Shown one piece after another: positions 8,763-18,600 of a stretch of 64,000 nt of DNA. A model generated the notes under the pieces. It worked only from the letters and a program-made list of their open reading frames with translations. It was not told the DNA's origin and ran no database searches. Location: contig DASXLB010000068.1 of assembly GCA_036496585.1 (NCBI GenBank), forward strand, positions 10,781 through 74,780, read 5' to 3'. The stretch is from Vicinamibacterales bacterium (lineage in GTDB: Bacteria > Acidobacteriota > Vicinamibacteria > Vicinamibacterales > 2-12-FULL-66-21). How positions within the stretch are numbered: the stretch's first letter is position 1; each line of letters starts with the position of its first letter. Made by a program: the position numbers and the translations under genes.

Positions 8763-9911
8763 ATGGAATTGCTGCTCTGGCGCTGGAGCACCTCCGCACA
8801 GGTCGCTTCGGCGCTCCTCATCGCCGTCTTTTTCTCGGTGCTCGGCCGGTCGATGCGCCGCGGCGAACTGCGGCACTTCGTGCAGGCGTGGCAGGCCAAT
8901 CTGGTCGCGCTCGTCGTGACGATCGTGTTCTGGTTCGCGCGTCCGGCGTCACGTGGGCCGCTGGCGGCGCTCGTCTGGGGTTACTTCTTCTTCAAGACCA
9001 TGTTCGTCGTGCTGCTCGCCCTCGGCGCGCGGCGCTTCGTGCGGCCGAACGCGCCAGCGCTGGGGGCGCGCGCCGCACTCATGGTCGCGATCGCCGCGCT
9101 GGCGCCGGCCGCCGCGGTCAGCGGCCTCGGCGGCATCGGCGTCGTCGAGTCGACGGCCATTACGCTCGTCCTCGCCGCGGCGGCGCTGGAGCTGTGGAAG
9201 AGCGGCGTCCTGGCGGGATGGCTGACGGTCGGCTACCTGGTGCGCGCCGCGCTGGGGGCGGTCGAGGCGGTGGCCTACGGCTCGCAGCTCGTCGCGGTGC
9301 CCTGGCTCCCCGCTGACCGCGTCGCCGTCGTGCTGGCGACGCATTCGGCCTTCGACACCGGTGCCGAGTGGATGATCGCGCTTGGCTGCGTGCTCGTCGT
9401 CTATCGCGGCATCCAGACGGAGCTGACGTCGGCGAACTCGCGCCTGGTCGAGGCGAAGGAGGCGCTGCAGGAGCTCGCCGACCACGATTCGCTGACCGGC
9501 CTCGCCAACCGGCGTGTCATGCCGGCCGTGCTGCGGCAGGCGTTCGACACCGGCGCGACGATCCTGTTCTTCGATCTGAACGACTTCAAGCGCGTCAACG
9601 ACACCCACGGGCACGAGGCCGGAGACGAGTGCCTGAAACGGTTCGCGACGGCGCTGCGCTCCAGTTTCCGTCCGGCGGATCACGTCATCCGCTATGCCGG
9701 CGACGAGTTCGTCGTCGTCGCCGCGGGGGTCGAGCCGCCGCAGATCCTCGAACGCGTCGAGCAGGTGACGGCGCGCCTGACCGCCGAACCGGTTCGCGGA
9801 GACGCGATCCAGTTCGCGGTGGGCCACGCCTACCTGCCGGTCCACGGCGACGTCGAGGCGGCGATGCGCAGCGCCGACGAACAGATGTACCGGCAGAAGC
9901 CATCGCGCTGA
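8763..9911 (+). CDS. membrane-bound GGDEF-domain protein (AGDEF variant, I-site present)
   Basis: About 7 TM helices, then DSLTGLANRR...DLNDFKRVNDTHGHEAGD...RPADHVIRYAGDEFVV. Confidence 0.9.
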   Translation: MELLLWRWSTSAQVASALLIAVFFSVLGRSMRRGELRHFVQAWQANLVALVVTIVFWFARPASRGPLAALVWGYFFFKTMFVVLLALGARRFVRPNAPALGARAALMVAIAALAPAAAVSGLGGIGVVESTAITLVLAAAALELWKSGVLAGWLTVGYLVRAALGAVEAVAYGSQLVAVPWLPADRVAVVLATHSAFDTGAEWMIALGCVLVVYRGIQTELTSANSRLVEAKEALQELADHDSLTGLANRRVMPAVLRQAFDTGATILFFDLNDFKRVNDTHGHEAGDECLKRFATALRSSFRPADHVIRYAGDEFVVVAAGVEPPQILERVEQVTARLTAEPVRGDAIQFAVGHAYLPVHGDVEAAMRSADEQMYRQKPSR

Positions 9912-9963
9912 GGGGGATCTGTCCGGTGATCCGGAGCCGCCGCGCTCGCGTCCCGTCGATGGC

Positions 9964-10533
9964 TCAGTGGCTCTTCTTGGCGGCGTTCTGTCGTTCCGTC
10001 GAAGGAGGCACCAGACCCTTCAGCCGCAAGTAGACCGACATGGTCCCGTACATCTCGTTGCCATGGCTCACGGTCCCGAGGAGGAACAGCCCCTTGGCCA
10101 CCTGATTCGGCCCACTCTTGGTCAGCACCGGCATGTCCTCGTCTTTCAGGGGCGTCAGCACCGGATCGCAATAGGCGGTCGAGTCCTTCAGGAGCGCGAC
10201 CAGCTCCGCCTTCGTGCGCGTGGTTTCTTCCTTGTCGTCCTTGTGCGGCGGCGCCGCGTCGCCCTTCAGCGCCGCACAGGTCGAAAACTGCGAGAGCGCC
10301 ACGTGCGCGACGAGCTGGCCGAAGGGACGGATGTCGGGGGTCGGCTTGAACGTGTAGTCGGCGTCCGGCATTTTCTCGGCCGCTTCGAGCAGGTTGCGTT
10401 CGATGTTCGTGTAACCGCGCTGCATGTTGCCCGACAACGTGAACGTCTGGCCGGCCGGCGTCTGCGCCTGCGCGAAGGCGGCGGCCGGCGCTGCGAGGAG
10501 CGCGGCGGCAATCAGGATCTGGGAACGTCGCAT
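9964..10533 (-). CDS. secreted DinB-family protein
   Basis: ATG 10533 follows a GGAGG SD. Signal peptide MRRSQILIAAALLAAPAAAFA. DinB-like helices (HVALSQF..., GTVSHGNEMYG). The upstream 64 codons of the ORF are rejected. Confidence 0.8.
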   Translation of the reverse strand: MRRSQILIAAALLAAPAAAFAQAQTPAGQTFTLSGNMQRGYTNIERNLLEAAEKMPDADYTFKPTPDIRPFGQLVAHVALSQFSTCAALKGDAAPPHKDDKEETTRTKAELVALLKDSTAYCDPVLTPLKDEDMPVLTKSGPNQVAKGLFLLGTVSHGNEMYGTMSVYLRLKGLVPPSTERQNAAKKSH

Positions 10534-10672
10534 TGAACCTCCGCCGCAGAGCGTGGCAGAGTTCGCCGGCGCCGGCGCGCGAACTGCAGCCAGGGGCGCC
10601 GGCCGTGCAGCCAGCCGCGTGCCGCCGGTGACGGGCGATCGCCGCGGTGCGGTAAGGTACTGAGCAACTCGC

Positions 10673-11746
10673 ATGAAAGGCGCGAAGGCGTGGGCTGTCG
10701 TGTCGGCGTTCTGGGTATTCGTCACGCTGCTCTACGTCGGCCAGATCGTCTGGCTGTCGCGCATGCCGGGAGAGCAGATCGACCTGCGCGCCGCGCTCGC
10801 CTGGCAGACGACCTACTACCTGCTCTGGATTCCCTTGACGCTGCTGGTGTGGCGCCTGACTGCCGACTGGATTCCCGATGCGCCGCGCGACTGGGCGCGC
10901 ATCGTCCTCCGGCATCTGCCTCTCGTCGTGGCGATCTCGCTGGTGCATTTTGCCTGCGTCGCGTTGCTGTCGCGGCTTCTCCACGTGGCGATGGTGCCGG
11001 GGCTGTGGCCGTCGATGGTCGCCCAGATGCGCGGCCGGCTGCACCTGGAGCTGCTGATCTACACGGCGGCGGCCGCCACCGGCGCCGTGCTGGGTCTCCA
11101 CGACCGCTATCGCGATCGGCAGCTTGCGGCGCTGAAACTGGAAGGGGAGCTCGCGGCGGCACGGCTCGACGCGCTGCGCACCCAGCTGCAGCCGCACTTT
11201 CTCTTCAACAGCCTGCACTCGATCGCGTCGCTCGCCAGGGCCGGCGATACGGCGGGCGTCGTGCGCCTGATCGCCGGGTTCAGCGAGTTGTTGCGATCGC
11301 TGCTCGAGCAGGAAGAGCGCTATCTGCCGCTCGCCGACGAGCTGCAACTCGTCGAGCGCTATCTCGAGATTCAGCGCGTCCGCTTCGCCGATCGCCTTCA
11401 GACGTCGATCGACGCGGACCCGGCCGTGACGCGCGCGCGCGTGCCGTTGCTCGTCGTGCAGCCGCTCGTCGAGAACGCCCTGCGCCACGGCCTGGGTCCG
11501 CGCGTCGCGCCGGGCACGCTGGCGGTGCGCGCCTCGCGCGAAGACGGGTGGACGCGCATCGACGTCGAGGACACCGGTCTGGGTCTGCCGTCCGGCTGGA
11601 CGCTGGCCAGCACGCGCGGCACCGGACTGCGCAACCTCGCGGCGCGTCTTACCGGAGAGTTCGGCGCCTCGTGCTCGCTCGACGTGGTGCCCCGTGAGGG
11701 CGGCGGCGTCGTGGCCACCGTCCGGATCCCGTATGCGGCGATGTAA
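10673..11746 (+). CDS. LytS-type sensor histidine kinase
   Basis: TM-rich N-terminus. LQPHFLFNSLHSIASL (His_kinase motif), VENALRHG, DTGLG. Confidence 0.9.
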   Translation: MKGAKAWAVVSAFWVFVTLLYVGQIVWLSRMPGEQIDLRAALAWQTTYYLLWIPLTLLVWRLTADWIPDAPRDWARIVLRHLPLVVAISLVHFACVALLSRLLHVAMVPGLWPSMVAQMRGRLHLELLIYTAAAATGAVLGLHDRYRDRQLAALKLEGELAAARLDALRTQLQPHFLFNSLHSIASLARAGDTAGVVRLIAGFSELLRSLLEQEERYLPLADELQLVERYLEIQRVRFADRLQTSIDADPAVTRARVPLLVVQPLVENALRHGLGPRVAPGTLAVRASREDGWTRIDVEDTGLGLPSGWTLASTRGTGLRNLAARLTGEFGASCSLDVVPREGGGVVATVRIPYAAM

Positions 11747-11826
11747 CGGATCAGTATGACGGCGGGGGCACAGATGTCGGAGGCAGGGACCCTGGATCGA
11801 GCCGCGCGGCGGCGGGAGGTCGAGAC

Positions 11827-12624
11827 ATGACGACACCGGTGCCGGCTTCCGTGTCGATCCACGCGTCAACCCGCGTCTGGCGCGCGGTGATCGTCGACGA
11901 CGAGCCGCCGGCGCGGCAGACGCTGCGCCTGCTGCTCGGCCGCGAGAAGGATTTCACGCTGGTCGCCGAGTGCGGTCATGGCCGAGAGACGATCGACGTG
12001 GTCTCCGCCTGCCGGCCCGACGTGCTGTTTCTCGACGTGCGGATGCCTGGGCCGGACGGTTTCGCCGTGCTGCGCGAGCTGGGGCCCGGGGCGGTGCCGG
12101 CGGTGGTCTTCGTGACCGCCTACGATCGCTACGCCGCGCAGGCGTTCGAGGAGCACGCGGTCGACTACCTGCTGAAGCCGTTCACCGACGAACGCTTCGC
12201 CGGCGTCGTCGAACACGTCCGGCGGCGGCTGCGCGAGCGGGCGCTGGCGACACTCGGCGAGCGGCTGCCGGCGCTGCTGGCGGACTCGGCGGCGCGAAGC
12301 GAGCGCCGGCCGTTCGTAATCAAGGACGGTTCGCGGACCCACGTCGTCGCCGAAGCGGACATCGCCTGGGTCGAGGCAGAGGACTACTACATCGCGATCC
12401 ACGCCAACGGGCGGCGCATACTGGCGCGCGAATCGCTCAAGACCATCGAGGCGCGGCTCGATCCGGCGATGTTCGCGCGCGTCCACCGCTCGGCGATCGT
12501 CAACACCCGCTTCATCAAGGCGATCGAGCCGGTCGCCTCCGGCGACCAGCGGCTGCTGCTCGTGGACGGCACGGTGCTGCGGGTGAGCCGCACGCATCGC
12601 GCCGCGCTGATGCGGCGCCTGTGA
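11827..12624 (+). CDS. LytR/AlgR-family response regulator (LytTR DNA-binding domain)
   Basis: SD GGGAGGT lies 7 nt upstream. Receiver VIVDDEPPAR...FLDVRMPGPDG...LLKP. LytTR region WVEAEDYYIAIHANGRR...RVHRSAIVN. Confidence 0.9.
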   Translation: MTTPVPASVSIHASTRVWRAVIVDDEPPARQTLRLLLGREKDFTLVAECGHGRETIDVVSACRPDVLFLDVRMPGPDGFAVLRELGPGAVPAVVFVTAYDRYAAQAFEEHAVDYLLKPFTDERFAGVVEHVRRRLRERALATLGERLPALLADSAARSERRPFVIKDGSRTHVVAEADIAWVEAEDYYIAIHANGRRILARESLKTIEARLDPAMFARVHRSAIVNTRFIKAIEPVASGDQRLLLVDGTVLRVSRTHRAALMRRL

Positions 12625-12660
12625 CCGCGGCGCGAGTGACCGACAGGTTGGAGGAGGACA

Positions 12661-13320
12661 ATGTCGCTCCCTGAACCCGAGATCCACGCTGTCGCTGCGA
12701 CGACGCACGGGCGCGTGCTCGTGCGGCGTGCCGACGAGCCGTCCGGCATCATCGCCGGCTTCCATGGCTATCTCGAGGACGCCGCGATCCAGATGGCGCG
12801 GCTCGAGTCGATCCCCGGCGCCGGCCGCTGGACGCTCCTCTCGGTCCAGGCGCTCAATCGCGTCTACCGCGGCCGCAGCCAGGAGGTCGTCGCGAGCTGG
12901 ATGACGGCGCAGGATCGGGAGACGGCCATCGCCGATAACATCGCGTATGTGGCGGCCGCGCTACGCGTCGCGCCGGCCATGCCGATCGTCTTCGCCGGCT
13001 TCTCGCAGGGCGGGCAGATGGCGTTCCGCGCCGCGGTGCGCCGCGGCGGAGCACCGCTCGGAATCATCTCGGTCGGCGCCGACGTGCCGCCGGAACTCCT
13101 GGCCGATGCGGCAGTGCGCTTCCCGCCGGTCCTGCTGGTGCGGGGCCGTGGCGATCAGTGGTATTCGGACTCGAACCATGCGGCGGACCTCAGCGCCTTG
13201 CGGGCCCGCGGCGCGGACGTCGAGGCGTTCGTGCACGACGCCGGCCACGACTGGACCGGCGACGTGTCTGCCGCCGCGGCGCGATGGCTCGAGGCGCGGC
13301 TGCACGAGCAGAAGGGCTGA
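12661..13320 (+). CDS. phospholipase/carboxylesterase-type alpha/beta hydrolase
   Basis: SD GGAGGAGG. Nucleophile elbow GFSQGG. HDAGHDW near the C-terminus. Confidence 0.8.
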   Translation: MSLPEPEIHAVAATTHGRVLVRRADEPSGIIAGFHGYLEDAAIQMARLESIPGAGRWTLLSVQALNRVYRGRSQEVVASWMTAQDRETAIADNIAYVAAALRVAPAMPIVFAGFSQGGQMAFRAAVRRGGAPLGIISVGADVPPELLADAAVRFPPVLLVRGRGDQWYSDSNHAADLSALRARGADVEAFVHDAGHDWTGDVSAAAARWLEARLHEQKG

Positions 13321-13336
13321 CCGCCGGGGCGAGCGC

Positions 13337-15469
13337 TTACCGCGTGTCGGTCTTCGGCGACAGTCCCATGTTGAACATGATGAACGAGTAGATGTCGGCG
13401 CTGGTCTCGAGCGCCTTGGTCAGGCTGCTCGCGCCATGCGCCGAGTGCGTATCGATCCGGATCAGGATTGGTGTGTCGTGGCTCGCCTTCTCCTGCAGCG
13501 TCGCCGCGTACTTGAACGAGTGCGCCGGCACGACGCGGTCATCGTGGTCCGACGTGGTGATGAGCGTCGCCGGATACTTCTGGCCGGCCTTGATGTTGTG
13601 CAGCGGGGAGTAGGCGTAGAGCGCCTTGAATTCATCCGGGTCGTCGCTCGACCCGTAGTCGGCGATCCAGTTCCAGCCGATCGTGAACTTGTGGAAGCGC
13701 AGCATGTCCATGACGCCAACCTGGGGGATCGCCACCCTGAACAGTTCCGGCCGCTGGTTGATGACGGCGCCGATCAATAGGCCGCCGTTCGATCCGCCCT
13801 GGACGGCCAGCCGATCGCTCGACGTGTACTTCTGCGCGATCAGCCACTCGGCGGCGCCGATGAAGTCGTCGAAGACCTTCTGCTTCTTCAGCTTGATACC
13901 GGCCTGGTGCCACGCCTCGCCATATTCGCCGCCGCCGCGCATGTTGGCGTTGGCGTAGACGAATCCCTGCTCGAGCAGCGCCAGCCGCGCCGCGCTGAAG
14001 GTCGGCGACTGCACGATGTTGAAGCCGCCATAGCCGTAGAGCAGCGTTGGATTCGTGCCGTCGAGCCGGATGCCCTTGCGGTGGACGAGGAAGATCGGGA
14101 TCCTGGTGCCGTCCTTGCTCGGATAGAACGCCGACTCGACTTCGTAGTCGTTCGGGTTGTAGCCGGGAATCTCCGGCTGGCGGAAGATCGTGCTCTTCCC
14201 GGTGGCGATGTCGTAGCGGTAGATCGTTGGCGGTACGTTGAGCGAGTTGAACGTGTAGAACACGAACGTGTCGTCGCGATTGCCCCCGAAGCCGCTGGCG
14301 CTGCCGGGACCCGGCAGCGCGATTTCGCTTTCGAGCGTGCCGTCGAGCCCGTAGACATAGGCGCGCGTCGTCACATCCTTGAGGTAGGTGGCGAAGATCT
14401 TGCCGCCCGCCGTCGAGACACTCTCGAGCGGCTCCGGACGCTCGGGCAGGATCGTCTTCCAGCTCGCTTCATCCGGATGTTTCGGATCGACGAGCACGAC
14501 GCGGCCGTTCGGCGCGCCGTGATTGGTCTCGACCAGCAGCTTGTCGGCCAGGTTGTCGACGACGCCGAACGAGTCGTTGGTGATGTCCTTGACGACCGGG
14601 TTGAACTCGCGTTCGCCGCGGGACAGATCGCGGGCGAAGAGCGCGTTGCCGTCCTTGCCCTTGCCGCGGTCCGACACCGAGAGCAGTGCGAAGCGCTCGT
14701 CCTCGGTCGTCTCGAGGGTGTTGAAGCGCTGCGGATTGCCGGCGTCCTGATAGATCTGCCGGTCGGCCGTTTGCGGCGTTCCGACCTCGTGGAAGTAGAC
14801 GCGATGATCCTGGTTGATACCGGCGCGGTCCTGGCCCTTCGCCGGTTCCGGGTAGCGGCTGTAATAGAAGCCGTTCTTCTGCCAGGCGACCCCCGACACC
14901 TTAATCCACTTCAGCGTGTCGGGCAGCGTCTTCCTGGTCGCGAGCTCCATCACCTTGTAGGTCGACCAGTCGGCGCCGTTCTCCTGCATGCCGTAGACGG
15001 CGTACTTCGCGTCGGCCGACGGCACGAACGCGCCGAGCCGCGTCGTCTCCCCCCAGGCGTTGGGATCGATCAGCACGCCGGGTGTGCCGTCGAGACCCTT
15101 TTGCACGTAGAGCACGCTCTGGTTCTGCAGGCCGTCGTTCTTGAAATAGAAGTAGTAAGCGCCCTTGCGCGACGGCGACGTGTATTTCGGGTAGTCGTTC
15201 AGCTGCTTGACGCGCGCCTGCATCGACTGGCGGTACGGGATGGCCTCGAGATAGGGCATCGTCACCCGGTTCTCGGCCTCGACCCAGCGCGCCGTCTCCG
15301 GGGCATTGTCGTCTTCGAGCCAGCGGTACGGATCGGCGACCTTGACGCCGTGATAGTCGTCGATCTGCGCGACCTTCTTCGTCGCGGGATAGGTGAGCGT
15401 CTGGGCGATCGCGGCCGTCGTTGCAAGCGCGATCGTCGCAATGGTGGCGAAACGGCGGAAGGGCGTCAT
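13337..15469 (-). CDS. prolyl oligopeptidase (S9A) family serine peptidase, secreted
   Basis: ATG 15469, signal peptide MTPFRRFATIATIALATTAAIA. YPATKK...DPYRWLED N-terminus, GGSNGGLL nucleophile motif. ORF codons upstream of 15469 are rejected. Confidence 0.92.
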   Translation of the reverse strand: MTPFRRFATIATIALATTAAIAQTLTYPATKKVAQIDDYHGVKVADPYRWLEDDNAPETARWVEAENRVTMPYLEAIPYRQSMQARVKQLNDYPKYTSPSRKGAYYFYFKNDGLQNQSVLYVQKGLDGTPGVLIDPNAWGETTRLGAFVPSADAKYAVYGMQENGADWSTYKVMELATRKTLPDTLKWIKVSGVAWQKNGFYYSRYPEPAKGQDRAGINQDHRVYFHEVGTPQTADRQIYQDAGNPQRFNTLETTEDERFALLSVSDRGKGKDGNALFARDLSRGEREFNPVVKDITNDSFGVVDNLADKLLVETNHGAPNGRVVLVDPKHPDEASWKTILPERPEPLESVSTAGGKIFATYLKDVTTRAYVYGLDGTLESEIALPGPGSASGFGGNRDDTFVFYTFNSLNVPPTIYRYDIATGKSTIFRQPEIPGYNPNDYEVESAFYPSKDGTRIPIFLVHRKGIRLDGTNPTLLYGYGGFNIVQSPTFSAARLALLEQGFVYANANMRGGGEYGEAWHQAGIKLKKQKVFDDFIGAAEWLIAQKYTSSDRLAVQGGSNGGLLIGAVINQRPELFRVAIPQVGVMDMLRFHKFTIGWNWIADYGSSDDPDEFKALYAYSPLHNIKAGQKYPATLITTSDHDDRVVPAHSFKYAATLQEKASHDTPILIRIDTHSAHGASSLTKALETSADIYSFIMFNMGLSPKTDTR

Positions 15470-15476
15470 GCCCGGA

Positions 15477-15482
15477 AGTATG
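15477..15482 (-). promoter_or_regulatory. -10-like box CATACT (minus strand), 7 nt before ATG 15469
   Basis: Plus-strand AGTATG is CATACT on the minus strand. Gap has no SD. Confidence 0.3.
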
Positions 15483-15559
15483 TCACCGTCGGGCCGCCGC
15501 ATCCCAGTGACGAGCGCGGTGACGGCGTCGGCCGCGCGGCAAGGGAAGCACTCGGCCCC

Positions 15560-15585
15560 CAGCTCCCGATTGAAGCTGGGAGCTG
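15560..15585 (-). terminator. perfect 8-bp stem / 10-nt loop hairpin downstream of the TonB receptor
   Basis: CAGCTCCC-GATTGAAGCT-GGGAGCTG, about 30 nt after the receptor stop. No clear U-tract. Confidence 0.4.
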
Positions 15586-15615
15586 AGAGCCAAGGGCTGG
15601 AGGCGCCGGCTGCCG

Positions 15616-18600
15616 TTAGAACGAATAGCGCAGGCTCAACTGCGTGTCGCGCCGCGAATTGTCCTTGCTCGTGATCCGGCCGAACGTGGAGCTCAATGGG
15701 TCGGTCGATGGATTGTTCAGGTTCGCGTGGTTGAGGAAGTTGAACATCTCCGCCCGGAACTGCAGCTGATGTGTGCCGCTCAACGTCACGTTCTTGAAGA
15801 GCGCGATGTCCCACTGGTACTGGCCGGGCCCGTACATGTTGTCGCGCGGCGCGTTGCCGAACGTCCCCGCCGCCGGACGCGCGTAGGCCGCCGGGTTGAA
15901 CCAGTAGTTCTGGTCGCTGTTGTTCTCCGACAGCCTGCCATTGCTGTTGGCGTTCGGATCGCCGACGAGGTCGTACGGCTGCGCGAACGTGTCGCCGACT
16001 CCGGCCACGTCGTCGCCGCGGGTGACCCAGAGCGGCGTGCCGGTGCGCATGAACGTCGAGCCGGAGATCTGCCAGCCGCCGAGCGCGCGTCCCTTCAGCG
16101 ACGACCGGTCGTCGTTGAAGAACGGCACGTCATAGATGTAATAGAAATTAAACACGTGACGGCGATCGAAGCTCGAGTTCCCCCACATACCGGAGTCGTC
16201 GTAGCTGTTGAACAGCACGTCGCGCTTGGTGCTGGCGTTGTCCATCGAATGGCTCAGCGTGTAGGCGGCGCCGAACTTGAAGCCGTTCTTGTAGCGGCGA
16301 TCCGCGCTCAGCTGCAGGCCGTTGTAGGTCGAGCGGCCCGAGTTCTGCGAGAGGCGGATGACACCGTAGCCCTTGTACGGCCGCAGGTAGTCGGTGTTGA
16401 TGCCGGGATTGGCCTGCAGTGTGCCGGGTGCCAGCTGGTTGATGTTCAGCTCGCGCTGCAGGTTGCGTCCCAGCCGCCCGACGTAGGTCGCGTCGACGAC
16501 GAAGCCCCCCGGCATTTCGCGCTGCACGCCTGCCGAGTACATGTACGACGCGGGGTGCTTGAACACCGGGTCGATGGCCGTCATCCCGAGGGGTAGCGTG
16601 CTGGCGCCGCCGATTCCGCCCGGGTTGTCGACCGAGCCGTTGCTGACGCCGACCTGCGGTTGGAACGGCGGGTTGCCGCCGAGCAGCAGTGAGTCGTTCA
16701 GCGTCACTCGGTTGTGAAAGACGCCGGAGCTGACCTTGACGATCGTCTTCTCGTTCATGCCGTACGACATGCCGATCCGCGGCTCGAAGACGTTGTAGTG
16801 CGTCTCGGTCAGGCCGAGCGGCGCGCCGACGAAGAGCGCCTTCACCGCCGGGTCGTTGTAAACGGCGAGATCGCTCGCCGAACTCGGGAAGCCGTCGCCT
16901 GGCAGAACGATGCCGTTGTAGCGCGGTCCGCTGATGATGCGTCCGGTCGCCGGATCGAGCACCGCCTGGTTGGCGACGCTGTAGTAAGCCGGATTGAAGG
17001 TTGCGATGTTGTTGTCCTGCGCCTGGAACGGTGGCCAGATCACGTAGCGCACGCCCCCTTCCACCGTGAGGTTGCTCGCCGGCCGCCACGAGTCCTGCAC
17101 GAACATGTCGGTCGCGGCCGCCCGCCAGTGGGTGAGCGCGCGCTGCCCGATTTCGGCGTAGTTGGTGAAGACGCCGAGCGCCGCGTCGGCCATCGCCACC
17201 CCGGAGTGTCCCGTGGCGGTCGTGTTGGTGAACTGGAAACGGCCGTTCTGGTTGTTGGTGCTCCCCGGAATCGGCTGCACGTTGATCTGGTCGAAGTCGT
17301 CCTCGCCCGAGTACTCGACGACGACGCCCGCCTTGACGGTATGCCGGTTCTTCACCCACGTCACCGCGTCGGAGAACGTATGGATCGGTCCCTGCGAGGA
17401 CGATGGATAGGGCCCGCCGTCGATCTCGCTGAGGTTGGCGATCGTAATCGTCGGGATCTTGTCGGGGATTTCCTTGAAGTCCGGAAAGATGTAGGGATAG
17501 GTGATCCCGTAGCTGCTGCGCTTGTAGAGATCGCTCTGGAACACGTTGATGAATACCTGATCGAGCGAGTGCGTGTAGCTGGCCTCGTTCACCAGGTTGT
17601 TACGGAGCGTACTCGTCCAGCTCAGGGTCTGGTTCTGGTTGGGCCGGTCCCAGTCGGTGCGCGCGTAGGGGAAGGTGCCGCGGAACGCGTCGACCGCCTT
17701 CCAGTTGTATTTGCCGTAGCGGAACGTCAACGTGTTGTTGGCGTTCATGCGGTAGTCGACCCGGATGTTGTCCTTGCGCTGATCCTGGGGGTTGGCGCTG
17801 GTCAGCAGCGCGTTGTTGGTGCCGGACTGAAAACCGGCCGTCGGCAGCGGAAACGCCCCGAGCAGCGCCAGGCCATTCTTGCTCAGCTGGTTCGCCGGAA
17901 TGACGTTGTTCGGAAAGGGCAGTCCGGTCGCCGGATCGCGGATGATCTGCGGTGTGCTGTAGAAGCTGTTGGCGCCGAGCAGCTCGCTGAAGTCGCCTGC
18001 CCGCATCTTCGCGGTCGGCACCGTCGCCGGGTTGGTCGAGACCTGATTGAAGTTGACCCACTCCTGCGCGACGAAGAAGAAGAGGTGATTCTTGATCAGC
18101 GGCCCGCCGAGCGAATAGGCGTACTGCTTGTAGTCGAACGGCGCGGCCTCGCGATCGGGGAGGTTGGTGCTGTGATTGCGCAGCCAGGTGTTGGCCTGCA
18201 GGCTGGCGTCCCGCAGGTAGTAGCCGCCGCTGCCGCTGAAGCGGTTGCTGCCGCCCTTGGTGACCATGCGGATCTGGCCGCCGCTGACGCGGCCGTACTC
18301 CGGCATGTAGTCGCCGGTCAGCACTTGCACTTCCTGGATCGCGTCGACGTTCTGGATGCCGACGATGGCGCCGTTGGATCGCGTGCGGATCGCGGTCGCG
18401 CCGTCGACGGTGATGTTGTTCTCGTCGGTGCGGCTGCCGTTGATGCTAAAGCCGCCATTGCCCAGATCGGAGAAGTTGTAGTTGTTGAAGCTGCCGCCGA
18501 CGACCCCCGGCTTCAGGCCGACGACGCCGATCGGGTTGCGTCCCGAAAAAGACAGCTGCTCGATGTCCTTCGATTCGATCGTCTTGCGCAGCGCGACGTC

